Below are positions 50,037-63,399 of a stretch of 64,000 bases of DNA, piece by piece. How positions within the stretch are numbered: the first letter of the stretch is position 1; each line of letters begins with the position of its first letter. The translations under genes and the position numbers were made by a program. The DNA is from Marsupella aquatica (lineage: Eukaryota > Plantae > Marchantiophyta). A model generated the notes under the pieces. The model did no database searches, was not told where the DNA came from, and was given only the letters and a program-made list of their open reading frames with translations. Where the stretch lies: contig OZ316891.1 in NCBI GenBank assembly GCA_973895155.1, forward strand, positions 27,813,561-27,877,560, written 5' to 3'.

Positions 50037-51197
50037 CCAATGGCTCTAATTTGACCACTTGAACAAAGTTTCAAGTAATCTCATAAGTGAGAGAATTGAT
50101 TCTAAATAACCTGAACACCTAATGTCTTAAGTTCCCCTCATGGCTTTCTTTCCCGAGTTTATGGTTATTATTGATTTGAGTGTTTAACAAAGTGCAGATC
50201 TTAGCACCTTTGTGTCATAGAATTGAACTTGACTGTACTTTTCATTGGTCACTATGTGATTTTCCTTGCATCTGCTCTACTTATACTATTTTGTCCCACT
50301 CACTCTCGTAATATGTATCATAGTCCTTCTACTCTCATATTTTATCCACTCACAGATCACTAGTACAAGACAAAAAATCAGGCATGTTCTATACTATATA
50401 TAGCAGTGGATGACAAGAATATAGAAGGATGTGGAATGGTTGGATAAGAACAAAAGGAAAATAGGATTGGGAGGGGGTGACAACTATTTACCTTGTTAAC
50501 CCTACACCAAAAAATCTTTGGAAGGGCAAGCATAAATTTTAGGGTTGCTTTTACCCTTCCATATGATTTTAGGTGACCTATCTCACATGATGATCCAATC
50601 ATGGTGCAAATAGCTGTCTTTAGGAGACCTGCAAAACATTGCACAGTATAAAGTGATGTCAGTCAAAATTGTTGTTTACAATGCTCATGACTGCAATGAG
50701 GTCTTATTGTGGTTGTAGGTTACTAAGGGACCATAACCCACTGTCCAGTTAGCTATTGTGTAATCTTTTGGGAGCTACAGAAAGTTAGAACGATTAACTA
50801 CAAACATAAGGAAGTTCAATGCACATCTTACTACTAGAAACAAGTACATTAGACTCTCTCTAAGTGCATTAAACTCAAATATTATGGTTCCTTTGTATAA
50901 ATGGTCACACTTTTGGGACTGAAAAGTTGCTGGGGCTATCTGAGAGGTATGGTTACAAGTTGTGGTCTATTTGAGAATCAGAATTTTCTTTGACTGTATT
51001 TACTTGTTTATTTTCCAGAAAAATTCAAATTTATATTTAATCACCAGGCAAAACAATTAGCTTGGTTCTGGTGAGTGGGTTTGTCTTCAGACATACAGAA
51101 ACAAAATTGTTGAGTCTTTAGTCCTTCACTAGCTGAATGCATGTGCTGCTCCACACCCCCTGGCACTAGTCATCATTGCAGAAAGTATTGTCAAAGC

Positions 51198-51485
51198 ACT
51201 AGTATTGCCCCCGCAGCGGCTAGCTCCCCTAGAGGACGTTCCAGTCCCACTTGCCGATTTAGTTTTTGACACTTGATGTGGACCGTTCGCTTTTTGCCAC
51301 ATTTGCTAGGAATGATGAGGACCTTGGTCCGTTTGGGTTAGTTTTAGTTCCTCTTTCTTGGTTTTTAGGGGTTCCCTATTGCTCTCTTCCTTTACGTTTG
51401 GTTTGCATTGTCCACTTGGACCCTCCTTTGTTTGTTCTTTTGTACTCTGTCTGGTCCTTTTCTATAAAAAGTTTGTATATTTCCT
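51198..51485 (+). mobile_element. Dispersed repeat, probable LINE-like 3' end; copy 2
   Basis: Inverted homolog of 7935-8265, ending ..ATAAAAAGTTTGTATAT. Confidence 0.6.
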
Positions 51486-53149
51486 GTCACTAGTGTATTG
51501 AAACAAAAGTGAAAAGACTGTTTGATCCTCATGGCATGGAGACTATTTCGTGAGACTACAAGTCCAATCAGTGTAGTGAGATTTTTTGTGGGAGGCCAAC
51601 CATATGGGGCCATTTTCCCAAAGGCTGACTAAATGGGTAGGGGAATCCATTTTATGGCCCGGGGTTTTGTTTCCCGGGTGAGAAAAAACAAGATCCTTCA
51701 ATTATTAGATTAAATTAACACAGACAAATTTTGTTTGATGGTTGCCCAAGAGATAAATTAGCTTGTTGGGGCAAGAAGACATGTGTATTCACGTGTACTT
51801 GAAAAATGCTATAGTAATGCAAGGAGATTATTACAAGAACAATGCACATTAATCAATCAAACACGATAATACTCTGTCCCTCCAAAAATCATTGTTGTGT
51901 TTTAACAAATTAGAAAAGAGAGAGCCAATCCTGGCCCGTCATAAACTCCTCCTATCTCAAATATTTTTCCATGCTACCTCTGCTTGACCAAAATGAAAAT
52001 ACAAAACTCTGATAATTTGATTTAATTTGAAATTCAAAATTGGGAAAACTTTGAATAAATATAGCAAACAAATCATCTTTCTCTATTCATAAAAAATCAA
52101 AAACAAAACAAAACAAAAAACATTCAGTCCGATTGCACGACCATACTCGGACTTTATGACGTTGAGGCCGTTGTCACCCAAGAAAAACATGTTGAGCAAC
52201 AACCCCTTGCTCTCACCTCTGCCCTCCCCAAACAAGACCACTCCACAACAGCAATAGTGACCAAAATGATAAAATTCCTGCAACAACAATCACTAAGCCA
52301 AAATGATGACATGACATTTTTGCAACCACAATCTATGATAAATACTCCCATGAATTTTTTACTGTGGTCATCTCTAAAATTTTGATGTTTGTCATGCCAA
52401 ATGAAAATTGGGAATCAAAGTAACAGGGGAGGGGAGGTTTGATTGAGGCGGAAAACAATTCTCCTTGATCCTGGCCCTTCCCACCTCCCACACATATACT
52501 CCCTCCCCCCTCCCCCTCCCATGCCCGCACCCATGCAAGTATGGTACTTCTTCACTGCAATGAATAAGATTCCATCATGTTTGTTCTCTGCAGTTTTCAA
52601 TGTTGGCTATGCTTGCTGTCATTTTGTACATTGTAATCTTTTTGGCACAAATCTATTATGTAATAAACTACATTTTTGCATAACAACGTCTTTTATGCAA
52701 TGATCATGTCTTTTATGCAATGAAACCCTAAACACAACAACCTCATTTGTGGAATGACTTCTTTTATGCAACAACTTATTTTACACAACACCTTCTCTTA
52801 CACAACAATAATTTTTTTCTCCAATACATCTTTTGCACAACATTATGATCATCTCTGCAACTACATTTTATGTCTTGTGCACAACAACAACTTTTTAGCA
52901 ATGACATCTTTTATGCTACAACATCTTCTCTGCACTGCATAGGTATTTCAGCTATTAAGTTCATTATATGTAGTAGGACCCTCAAATTAAAGCTGAATTG
53001 AGTTGCCCTTCTTAAAAAATGTTCAAATCTCCTTCTGAAAAACATCTGTCACCTAAATACAAAGCTCAAATGGACCAAGAGGTTGTCCATGCCCAACCCC
53101 ATGGACAGCATAAACTCATAAGCTAGTTAACACCAAAAGGAACAGAGAT

Positions 53150-53775
53150 GGTAGTTACTTGACTTTTTTGAAGGACACCTTGAGTAGTTTACTCTGGGGA
53201 AGGAATAAATACGGGAATTAAAAGTTACCCAACCGATGCCCGTAGTAGTTTGGGCATGAGCAGCAAAATACAGTACTACTTTTGGGAAAGGATGTACACC
53301 TACTAAGTAGTTCACTTAAATTGGGAAGGATACTTCACTTTTCTTAAAAAGGACACCTTGAGTAATTCACTGGGGAAGGAAGGCCCAAGTAGTTTGGGCC
53401 TGAGGGCAGATTACCACTTTTGCGAAGGGCGTTTCACTTAGTTTTGTGAAGGATACCTAGGTAGTTTACTGTTGGGAAGGATGATTGAACACTTTTGTAG
53501 GTTGGTTTGAGTAGAAAATTGTCCTTTTTGAGAAGAATCCTCCACTTTTGAATAAAAACAGTCTGAGTAGTTTGGGCATGAACAGAAAATTACCACTTTA
53601 GGAATGACACTTCACTTTTGTGAAAGACACCATGAGTAGTTCACTTTAAGGAAGGACCTGTTGACTAGTATGGGCCTGACTAGCAAATTACCACTTGTGG
53701 GAAGGACACTACTTTTTGACAACACCTTGAGTAGTTCACTTTTGAGGAGGATATTTCGCTTTTTTTGTGTAGGAC
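53150..53775. repeat. Degenerate satellite-like array
   Basis: Recurrent GGACACC(TT)GAGTAGTT(T/C)ACT, GGGAAGGA, AGTTTGGGC(A/C)TGA and ATTACCACTT motifs. Confidence 0.75.
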
Positions 53776-54195
53776 ACCCGACCTTGCATGCTACACGTGT
53801 GTGTATATGTAAGCATTCACATTTTTTTAGCACAATTTTTCCAACCCTAGTCTAATGTAAGAGGTGTTTTCACTCTAATGCCATGTTTCTCATGTTCAAC
53901 CCATTCACTATAACCCTATAACATTTTCAGGCTTATGATTACTAGATCTGTATATGGGGGTATTTTAATTAGTTAGTTGGTAGATTTTTAAGAGTGCAAT
54001 TTCAATTGTGGTGGTGTTAAAGGTGATTTCATTTCCAGTCTGGAGGAATATAATTCATTAAGGGTTGGGGTTGCAACACTTAGTAAAACTTTCTAGGATT
54101 GTTGTCTTTCATGTTTACACCTAGCCACAGACTCTACTAGCTAGAAAGTAAAAATCTACTAGCCCTAAAATCTACTAGCCCTAAAAGTAAAAAGT

Positions 54196-54925
54196 GGCTT
54201 TTATTCAAACATAGCGTCGGATTTAATACAACGCCCGGGCGCTGTGTTTGAGTTTGGCGTTGTGTTCAAAGTTGGCACATAATTTCAAAGTTGGCGCAAC
54301 ACAGTGTTGGCGTTGGCTCTATGTGAGATCGTATTTTGGTAGATAGTGTGCATTCAAAACTGAACAAATGAAGTAGGCAGTCCACAGTTTTCGCAGCATG
54401 TAACAAAAATTTATCAAGCAAAAGCTCAGAACACGTAGTTGACAACTTGTCCAAGTCTCCTTGGTTATGTGATTTTATTGTGCTGTTAGACATATTTTTA
54501 TTGTTTGAGGCAACCAAAAAATTGTCTTATGGTATGGCATGCACTAAGTTGACAATAGTGATGCTCTGGAACATTTCTTAGGATATTGTTGTTTGTCATA
54601 AATTTATGGTAGTTATGATTTGCAAGGTCTGTTCTCTTACCTTCCCTCGTGTAATTACAGCATTTGAATTACCTACACATTCACAATACATTAATCTTTT
54701 AACCTTGTACACAACGGCCTAAACTCAAACACAACCTCAAACTCAAACACAACGCTATTTTTGAACACAACGCCATTCTTGAACACAGCGACACTCGTGA
54801 AAAAAATCCAAAACCATGTCAAAAAATTTGAACACAATGCCTAAGGCGCTATATTTGAATATAGCGCCCCTTGGCCCACTATTCAAATATATCGCCCGGG
54901 CGTTGTGTTGGGGGAAAATAGTAGC
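54196..54925. mobile_element. Remnant of a non-autonomous TIR DNA transposon with subterminal motif repeats
   Basis: ACAACGCCCGGGCG at ~54228 is inverted at ~54893-54906. AACACAAC(G) motifs cluster on opposite strands at the two ends. Palindrome GGCGCTATATTTGAATATAGCGCC at ~54845. Confidence 0.55.
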
Positions 54926-55756
54926 ATCTTCTCATTCACTCAAGGTGACATGGTCACCCTGACTGAAAAGCAAAAACCTCAAAACCACCCTGAGTTTCAT
55001 TTGACTATGACTGCTGGTCAAATGAAACTAAAAAAAAGATGTTTGTTTCCAGTGAGAAGAAGATGCATGTGCACGTTCAGTCTGCCTTGTACCTCACGTT
55101 TGCAACAGAGTTTCCAAACAAGGGGAAACCCCTCTAGACTGAAAACCAGCCAGAACGTCTTGAAACAATGAAGGTTTTAACTCATTCCATGAGCTTCATT
55201 CCAGCTCTTCAAGGAATCATCAGCTGGATGTCGAAGCAACACTTTTTTCTTGGGGAATCTTTGCTTAAAATTTTCTATAAAAAGCTATGCCATTCAATTC
55301 CAAGGGAATTTTTTGAAAATTTTCCCCTCAATCCCCGAAATTCTTATTTAGGTAGGACACCAGATCTAACTGTCTTTCTTGGGGTCTTTTCCTTTCTTCT
55401 CCCTTTATTGGATTCTTTTGCCCGTTGGATCCTGTCTCCCAGTCTGGCCTTTCTGTCTGTGGACATTGTGTTATATATTGTAAGTAGAGAGAGTGAACAA
55501 CCCCTTCAGTCTATGCCACTTTTTTTGACATAAAATACTTCTTAAGAAAGGAGAGAATTCATCACTCACACTCCGTTCCCAAAACGAGTAAAAATGACTC
55601 TGAGTCGTTAGATTGGACGAGAGTTTGGATGGGACTCCAAAATGCTGTTCATATGAAAATTAAACTTGTAGCTCTAGAAATACATAATTTAATTAAAACA
55701 TATACGTTTCTTGGGATCTTAGAAATCTTATTCAAGCAGAAAGTTTGAAATGGTGA

Positions 55757-55910
55757 TCACATCCGGTTAATAGCTTCTAGATCTCTATCAAAACTCTTAA
55801 AATTTGGATGGGATACCAATATAATTAAAAAAAATAAAGTCACATCCAGGCTAACAGCTTAGATCTCGATCAAAACTTTTGAATTTGGATGGGATACCAA
55901 ATATAATTTT
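55757..55910. repeat. ~82-bp tandem duplication
   Basis: TCACATCC..TAA.AGCTT..AGATCTC.ATCAAAACT..AATTTGGATGGGATACCAA occurs twice. Confidence 0.8.
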
Positions 55911-56286
55911 TGGAATAACGTTTTAATGATATTTAATGCAATATTTAAATTGGTGCTCCGTGAGCAAATGGGGAAATTGGCACGTGTTAACAACATTAAC
56001 TGCCTCAATATTGGGTTCGTTAGGACTAGGAATGAAAGCACAAGTCTGAAAGAACAATTTCACACGGAAGTCTGTAGGAAAAGAGGTTGGCACGTTTGAT
56101 ATGGAAGATGAGGAGTCGTGCTCACTCAGTAATGATGTTCAGGCATAGTACCAAAAAAACCCAAAAGGGCTTGACAGGTAATAATTGATTCAGTTGGTGA
56201 GGATGACATCCAAGGTGAAACGATTGAATGATGTCAATACCTTTTTCCTCTTCTAAGGTCCACATCCATAGTTGTGGGGTGCACTT

Positions 56287-56460
56287 GCAGATCAGAAGGT
56301 TCTATGTTTCAGTCTGTCCAAGTAGTTTTTTGCTGAGGGGCAATGTGTGGTCCTCTTGTACCACTTTCAAGCAGATCAGAAGGTTCTATATTTTGAATCT
56401 GTCATCGTGATTGTTTTTGTTGATGGGGATGTGTGGTCCTCTTTCTTGTACCACTTTCAA
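56287..56460. repeat. ~85-bp tandem duplication
   Basis: GCAGATCAGAAGGTTCTAT..ATGTGTGGTCCTCTT..GTACCACTTTCAA occurs twice. Confidence 0.8.
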
Positions 56461-57434
56461 ACTGGATTTGGGGTTATCTTCAAGCTAAAGGGGGCTGTCT
56501 TCAAATTGGTAGAAAAACACAATCAAAAATGTACAAGGGGTCAATGTTCAATTTCACATGCATCCTTCACAGGAAGAAAATGAAATTAAACAATGATAAC
56601 AGTAAAACAGCCCTCATCAGCTGATTCATCATAGAGCACTTTCATTATAGAATCCATACTTAATCTTTGACGAATAAGAAACACATGTCGGCTTGTAATC
56701 ACATTCACTGTTTGGATCACTTTTAGACAGAGAAGTAGCCCTTTCGCACAAATTACTCTCCTGAAAACGAACCATACATTAAATGGTCTGCAGCCGATCT
56801 ATTTTGCCTACAGGGTAACTACTTTTGCATTGACAACCTTAACAAACAGATAAAGATCTGAGGTAATCAAAGCCTTCCGAATATATGATCTCCCCGCTAC
56901 CCAAATTGAACATACATAGGGTAAGCTTCATATCCCATAAATTAACGGAGACTGCAGGTCCCTAACCGTATACAGATCCCCTACCTAGACCCAGGTTGTT
57001 ATGCGTAATTTATCTGGCTGTAAATTCTGGGGCACAAGATATCCAGAATGGCATAGAAATGGCTACCCACAACTACAGCACTTTACTAAGAAATGGCCCC
57101 CCACTGTTGTAAGACCAGTCTAATAAGGATAGTTCTTCCTGGGAGCGACACCTCCCATACCGAACGGACCGGTAGGTAGTAAGATAGGGCCCGGCGGCAG
57201 GGTGAAAGGCCCTGCCCCTACAGGCAAAGCGAAGAAGCCGCGGGGGGGCGGGTGATGGACGATCGACGATCGACGATCAGAGCGAGAGACGAGAGACGTC
57301 TGAACGAAACACAGAGCCCAATTCCCCCGCCTTCAAATGTCGAGCTCCTTCCTCGTCTAGTGCACCACATCCTAAGACGACGAGAGCACGAAATCCTACG
57401 AAGTCTGCCTCGTGAGCAGAGCTGGCATTGCAAT

Positions 57435-58190
57435 CCTAACAAGGAAGCAATTGCTCTTCGAACCGCGAGGAGGCGGAGGCGGTGGCGGAGGAGAAGGTCC
57501 AATTCCTTGCGTTCAAATAATATTATGTTGCACTCCTTGCCTGCTCTGTCCGTGCGCGCGAATTGCTCACGAGAATAGCAGCAGCAGCAGCAGCAGCAGC
57601 GAGAGGCTAGTTAAGGAAGCAAGTTTTCTACGAACGAGAACGAGAACGAGAACGAGGAGGAGGAGGAGGAGGAGGAGGAGAATCGGCTAAAGAAACATTT
57701 CTGCTACGAGCGGAGAGGAGAAGGAGGAGCAGGAGGAATCCTTGCATTCAAATAATGTTGCACTCCTTGTCTGCTTCGTCCGTGTGCGCGAATTGCTGAG
57801 ACGCGTCCTTCTGAATGCAGAAGCAACAGCAGCAGCGATAGGCTAATTAAGGAAGCAAATTTTGTACGAACGAAGAGGAGGAGGAGGAGGAGAATCGGCT
57901 AAAGAAGAATTTCTGCTACGAACGGAGAGGAGAAGGAGGAGCAGAAGGAGAAGGTCCAATTCCTTGCGTGCTTCGTCCACGCGCGCGAATTGCTGTCTAC
58001 CTCCTCGTGCGATTAGCAATACCAGCAGCAGCAGCGATAGACTACGGAAACAATTGAACAAAGAGAGGAGGAGGAGGAGGAGGAGGAGAAATTGGCTGAG
58101 GAAGTAATTCATCTACGACCGAGGAGGTGCAACAGGAGGACAAATTGGCTAAGGAAGCAATCCTTCGACTAACGAGTTGGAGGGGAGGAC
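57435..58190 (+). repeat. Hierarchical purine-rich repeat (about three ~200-240 bp units with (CAG)n, (GAG)n, (GAGAAC)n) directly upstream of the ADAL ATG
   Basis: CGCGAATTGCT, GCAGCAGCGA.AG.CTA, AAGGAAGCAA and GAGGAGAAT(C/T)GGCT each recur 3-5 times. Confidence 0.85.
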
Positions 58191-58200
58191 GACACATATA

Positions 58201-61200
58201 ATGTCTCCAATGCTGCAGAGGTTGTGTGAGGAGGCTGGTGAGGAGACTGCTCGATGGAAGGCCATTCCGAAAATAGAGCTTCACGCTCACCTCCACGGCT
58301 GTGTTCGGCCTTCGACCCTTTGGTGAGTGAAATCTTTACAAGTGATACGAGAGAGTGATGAATTCTCGACTGTTCTGTAGCAATCGGTTCCAAGACTTTC
58401 GCCACTGATACAGGCGGGTGTAGTGGACGATAGCCCTGACTTGTCGCAGCTTTGAGTCGGTCAATGTTGTGTGTTTCTTGGATGGTATATGGACTTCGTC
58501 GGGTATTCTGGTTGCTTCAAGCTTAGCGAGGGAATCTTGTTGATTTGAATCAAGTTTGTGGAATTGTAGGCACTGTCGTGGATGGCAGAGTCCCGGCAGA
58601 ATGTGGTCCGCATCCAGTGACTGACCAGTGGTAACTGTCTTCGCATAAATTGGCACAGCGAATTAGCTTCGAAGCAGGGAAGGACTGGCACTACAGCGGT
58701 CGACGATATTGTTCACAAAATATGTGAAGGTAGTAAGGCGCGCGTAACTTTTGAAACCTGGGTACCTGGACAGATTCTTCCGTTAGAAGAGTCACATTCG
58801 TCTCATCTGTACGTTAGTTGTGTGCCCGTGCCGATCTGTGGAGTCTCCTTTGCATTTATGAGAGCTAACTTTGTCTGGAATGTCCGGAATGGAGTGAAGC
58901 GATGCTGATTGACATGCCTTTTAAAGTTTGGCTTGTGGTTGGCGGACTCGATTTATCTATCCTGCTCTTCGTTTTAGGTACTGGCTCTTAGTGCATGGAG
59001 GCGTGGTGACACTTTTATTTAGACAATTTCGTTTCTCTCCGATCCGATCGCTACCAATTACCAAACCAGATCAATAGCGATTGCCGTTCTCCCAGTTGCA
59101 AAGGTTTAACCATGAAAATGCCATTGCTGAGGTCGTGTATGACTTTACTCTCGCGCTTTGTCATTGACAAGATTTTCCTAGACGCTGGACGTGGCTAAGC
59201 GATTCCAGTAGAATTATAATGGACTTGTAATTTTTCATTCATGGTACTCCCTTTTCAAATTGGCCCCCGAGTTTTACTATCTAAGCAGTGATGTTTCTTG
59301 AGAGTGCTCCGAGAATTGAAACTCGATTCGTTCTTTCTTGACAAGGATTCAAATCAAACGCGTCTCTGGCGGACTGTTTCAGGCTATTTCCCTTGATCCA
59401 CGGCCTTACGACTGACCACGCCATAGTCACAAGAATCACTAAAGAGGTTGGAAGATCTCACCGTTACTGTACATTAGTGTTTCCCTCTAGAGAACGATTC
59501 TCTCTTTTTGAACTACATGGCTCATTAAATCATTGAAACTGTGGATGATACTCAGGCAATCGAGGACTTCGTTGCGGACAATGTGGTCTATCTCGAGTTA
59601 CGAACAACTCCGAAGGTGACTAAATTGAGCTCATTTGCATTGCCTCGAGCCTCCAGATTACGTCTTCATGGGTTTCATATGTCTTACTTCAGACTCGTGT
59701 CGACGTTGCTGGCACTATTCGTCCAATTTCACGACGGTACAACGTGATCCTGATTTTTGGCTGGCTCTCATCAACAGCGTAATGAAGCCCAGGGAATTAG
59801 TAAACGTTCCTACGTCGAAGCAGTTCTGGCTGGTTTTGAGTCTGCGGGGGTTTCCCCTTGTTCGAAAAGTGGGTTGCGAACGTCAGACGGACAAGCCAAA
59901 CCGAGCGTGCACGTGCGGCTTCTTCTCAGCATCGATCGTCGAGAGAGTGCCGAAGAAGCAATGGATACGGTACCTACTACCAGCCTTTGCGTTTTTCATT
60001 TATCCAAAGAAATCATGGTTTTGCTCTAGTGCAAATCATCACGCCTCTAGTATGAACATTATTTTAATGTAGTTTCTGGGGACGCGTCTAGCTGAAATAT
60101 ACTCACGGAGTTTAACTGACAGGTGCTCCTTGCTTGGGAGTTGAGAAACCGTGGTATCGTCGGGATTGATTTGAGCGGCAATCCTATGATCGGGCAGTGG
60201 TATGTGCGAGTTATGTCTTGCGTTCTGATTTCCCGCACACAAGGCAGCCAGTAGTTACAATTTTCAAACAGTTTGTTGGTCGAAACAGATGATTCATTTT
60301 GATTGTCGCAATCTTTTCACCTATGTCTTTTCCTACCTTAAAACGATGCCGGCCTTGTTTTGAATTTGTTTTTGACAGGGAGACTTTCCTACCTGCTCTG
60401 AATTGGGCCAAGCAACACGGAATGCCTTTGACACTGCACTGTGGAGAAGTAAGTTGACAATGATCTCTACTCTGTATTCAACCAGGTACGCAGTACTCAC
60501 GGACTAAACTAGGGACGACCTTGTCTACTTAAACAACAAAATAATGCAGGTAAGGATCTATAACAGTCAAGGAAAAGGTTTCAGCGTTCGACTCCCTTAG
60601 GTAGGAAATCGGAGTACATACATTTGTGACGACAGATATTGAGAACGGAAATATAAAGGGGAAGACTTGGCTGCTCTCATGTGATTACCAGCGTTAACAG
60701 AGTGCTTCTTTCTCATACTCGCAGGTTTTCAACCCTGAGGAGGTCCGAGCAATGCTTGCTCTACAGCCGCAGAGAGTAGGTCATGTCTGCTGCCTGGACA
60801 AACCTGAGTGGAGTGCTTTACTAGCATCAAATATACCGGTAAACTTTCTACCTATGATTGATTCTGTGATTATCAGCTTTTTCAAATCCTGGGTCTCTGA
60901 AAGTATAGTGGGTAGTTGACTAAAGAAGATTAAAATTCTAGACATTGCTTCGTATTCATTTGGAGATATTGTTAGAGCGAGGCACTAGTATTGCATGCCG
61001 AATTATACGAAGCTAAGAAGAAGAGGGTGAGGTGAACCTCTCTTACTTGAGCAATTATTACGTTCGTTTCAAATTGCAGGTAGAGATTTGCCTGACTTCA
61101 AATGTACGCTCAAGGAGTGTGCGTTCCATATATGACCATCATTTTGGTTGGTACACTGACCCTGGTCTAAGTTCTTCGATGGTAGTAGTATTTTCAGAAA

Positions 61201-62029
61201 GGAGGATTCCATTGATTTTCTCGTCATATCCACGTACGTTGGCCCCGTTAGTGAACTCTTCTGTGTTGATTTCAGAAAGTTTTGGGCCTCGTAGGTCTTG
61301 ACAATCAATTTGGTTCATTTTCTTTGCTCCATGTGGTGCTTTCGTTAGCCTACGTCTTTTCTTTGAATTCCAGCAATATTTTGTCATATCTTATGTTCAA
61401 TGTTGTTTTTGCTCGTGCAGCCGCACTTTATAAGGCAAAGCACCCTACTATACTTTGCACTGATGACCCGGGACTGTTCTCCACTTGTCTTTCTCAAGAG
61501 TACTCTCTTGCAGCAGCTTGTTTTGGTATGGGACGGGAACTATTTCCGAAGCATTATGTCATTCAAGCCCTTTTTTTCCATGTATCGTAGACATTAACGG
61601 GAGAGCTTTTCCATAAACGGGAACTCACAAAAATACCTAATTAATTTCCCCATTATACCAGTGTTATGGTTTTGGAGTGAGTTGTCTTGCATAGATTTCA
61701 GGATAACTAATAAACTGCTCTATATATGGTACAGAGCAAGCTCTGCTTCCTCTCTGGCCCTTCTCGTAAACCCTCCCGCGTTTTCTAGTCAACAGCAAAA
61801 ACTGGTGTGCTCCCTTTTAAGTGACCACAGCTTCACTACTTAAGTATGCGTTGGATGTTGAAAACACAGCTTCAGTTCAAACTATGGTTGTGCAGGACTG
61901 TCAGAAGAGGACCTTTTGATGATGGGGAAGAACGCAGTAGAATACACATTCGCAGAGGAACAGCTGAGGTTGACCCTACAAAAGATATTCGAGGAAGCAT
62001 TGACAAAAACTGCTGACCGATTACACTGA
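58201..62029 (+). CDS. ADAL: Adenosine deaminase-like protein / N6-methyl-AMP deaminase (MAPDA)
   Basis: Eleven GT-AG exons: 58201-58322, 58659-58729, 59346-59446, 59556-59615, 59778-59969, ~60124-60199, 60379-60448, 60725-60838, 61080-61146, 61421-61525 and 61896-62029. Motifs IPKIELHAHLHG, LTTDH, VYLELRTTPK, RLLLSIDRRE, GIDLSGNP, TLHCGE, RVGH, VEICLTSN, HHF and LCTDDPG. In-frame TAA upstream at 58150. Confidence 0.95.
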
Positions 62030-63353
62030 CGAGTGGGCACATCTGAGCTTTTTCATGAGCTTAGCTAGACTGCGGTTATTCATTTGGTGTGAATTCTGTG
62101 AAGGGAGATTACACCAGAATGCATGTCAAACGGACAATTTCATCCCATCATATCATATGAACATGTTGACATATATGTTCAATGCTGCTGACTAAAGCAG
62201 TCAATCCCTGTCATCGATATGCAGAGAGTGGACCTGAGGCGCTGGATGTGCAGATGAGAATATTCTTGGGAGGGCATAGGACGGCTCGTTCATTCTGACA
62301 AATCATACCCTCAGTGTCAGGGGGAGGTGAAAGTAAGTATTTCTACTCACAACGCTGCTCTACTACCTTCTTCGCCTCATGCTTTATCCTTCCGTGATGG
62401 TGTAAGTTGTGCTAGGCTACGGTTAGTGCTACTTCAAACGCCAAATCTTTAGGTTTGGATATCGTGAGATCTTTGACATTGAGCACCTTCCAAATAGATG
62501 TTTGTCGTTTGTACGGAATTTTAAAGCCCTCTCTTCGTCACAGACGCACCCCACTCTGTCCAGGATAACAGATAGGCAACTTGGAGAAACCAGTGCCAAC
62601 GAGTTGATCTTTTCAACGGACTCCTTGATGAGAACAAAACCCGTAATCATCAATATGTATCAATATCTTCGATTCAATCCTGTCCAATTGAGTGTACTAG
62701 ATAGTGTGTGAATCCCCTCTGAACCACAGTAGTAAAATTGGGGAAAAGGTCGGACCGAGTGGTCAGTTGGCTTACACGGACAAGGTCCCGGCATAGCTTT
62801 TAGATCAGGATCACCGTGGAATGTCTTGATCAGGAGCTTTACTGTGTTTCTCCACTTTAAACTTCGACATGGGCCCTGCAACGGAGATTGCTGATCAGGC
62901 GTTCCTAAATTTTGATTACTTTTCCATGGATCTGAAACTCCTTATCCACTTCCTTGTGTAATGCTCTATAGTGTATCGTCATAGAAAAGGTAACAAGAGT
63001 AGACCTTTGTTCATTTACAGAACTACTCTTTGGATGTGCTCGGCACGTGAGCTCGAAACACCCTACTGACCTACGATTATAAACTGGGCAGGAAAATAAA
63101 GACGGGAGCAATAGGAACTAAGCCTTTTTTATATATTAAACAAGAGGATGTAACTAGGGTCCTCGTTATTTCCAATGCTTTATTCGAAGCTTGATCAGGG
63201 CCGTCTGCGGGATCAGTCCACCTGCAACATGCAGACCGCTCGGAGCGAGAGGGGACTGCAGGGATTTGGGTGGTAGCTAGAGCGACGAGAGCTGGGTTAG
63301 TGAGCGCTTTTGCGTTCGGTAGATGTGGGGGGATTTTGTTGCTGCTGTAAGCT

Positions 63354-63399
63354 ATGGAGGCCGCCTTGAACGAAAGCCTCTTGCCTGAGCTTGATAAAG
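63354..63399 (+). CDS. Possible first coding exon of an unidentified gene that continues beyond the window
   Basis: GC-rich leader, ATG in a good context (GCTATGG), MEAALNESLLPELDK, then an AG/GTATCT donor followed by AT-rich intron-like DNA. Confidence 0.35.

Noticed and set aside
57252-58112. Arg-rich and Leu-rich ORFs upstream of ADAL
   Set aside because: They are products of the (GAG)n/(CAG)n repeats, and an in-frame stop at 58150 separates them from the ADAL frame.
14125-62029. Functional cluster of RNA/translation genes (WDR6, eL24, uL24, MAPDA)
   Set aside because: Housekeeping genes of this class are abundant and no shared regulation is evident beyond generic telo-boxes. Without synteny data this is most likely chance.
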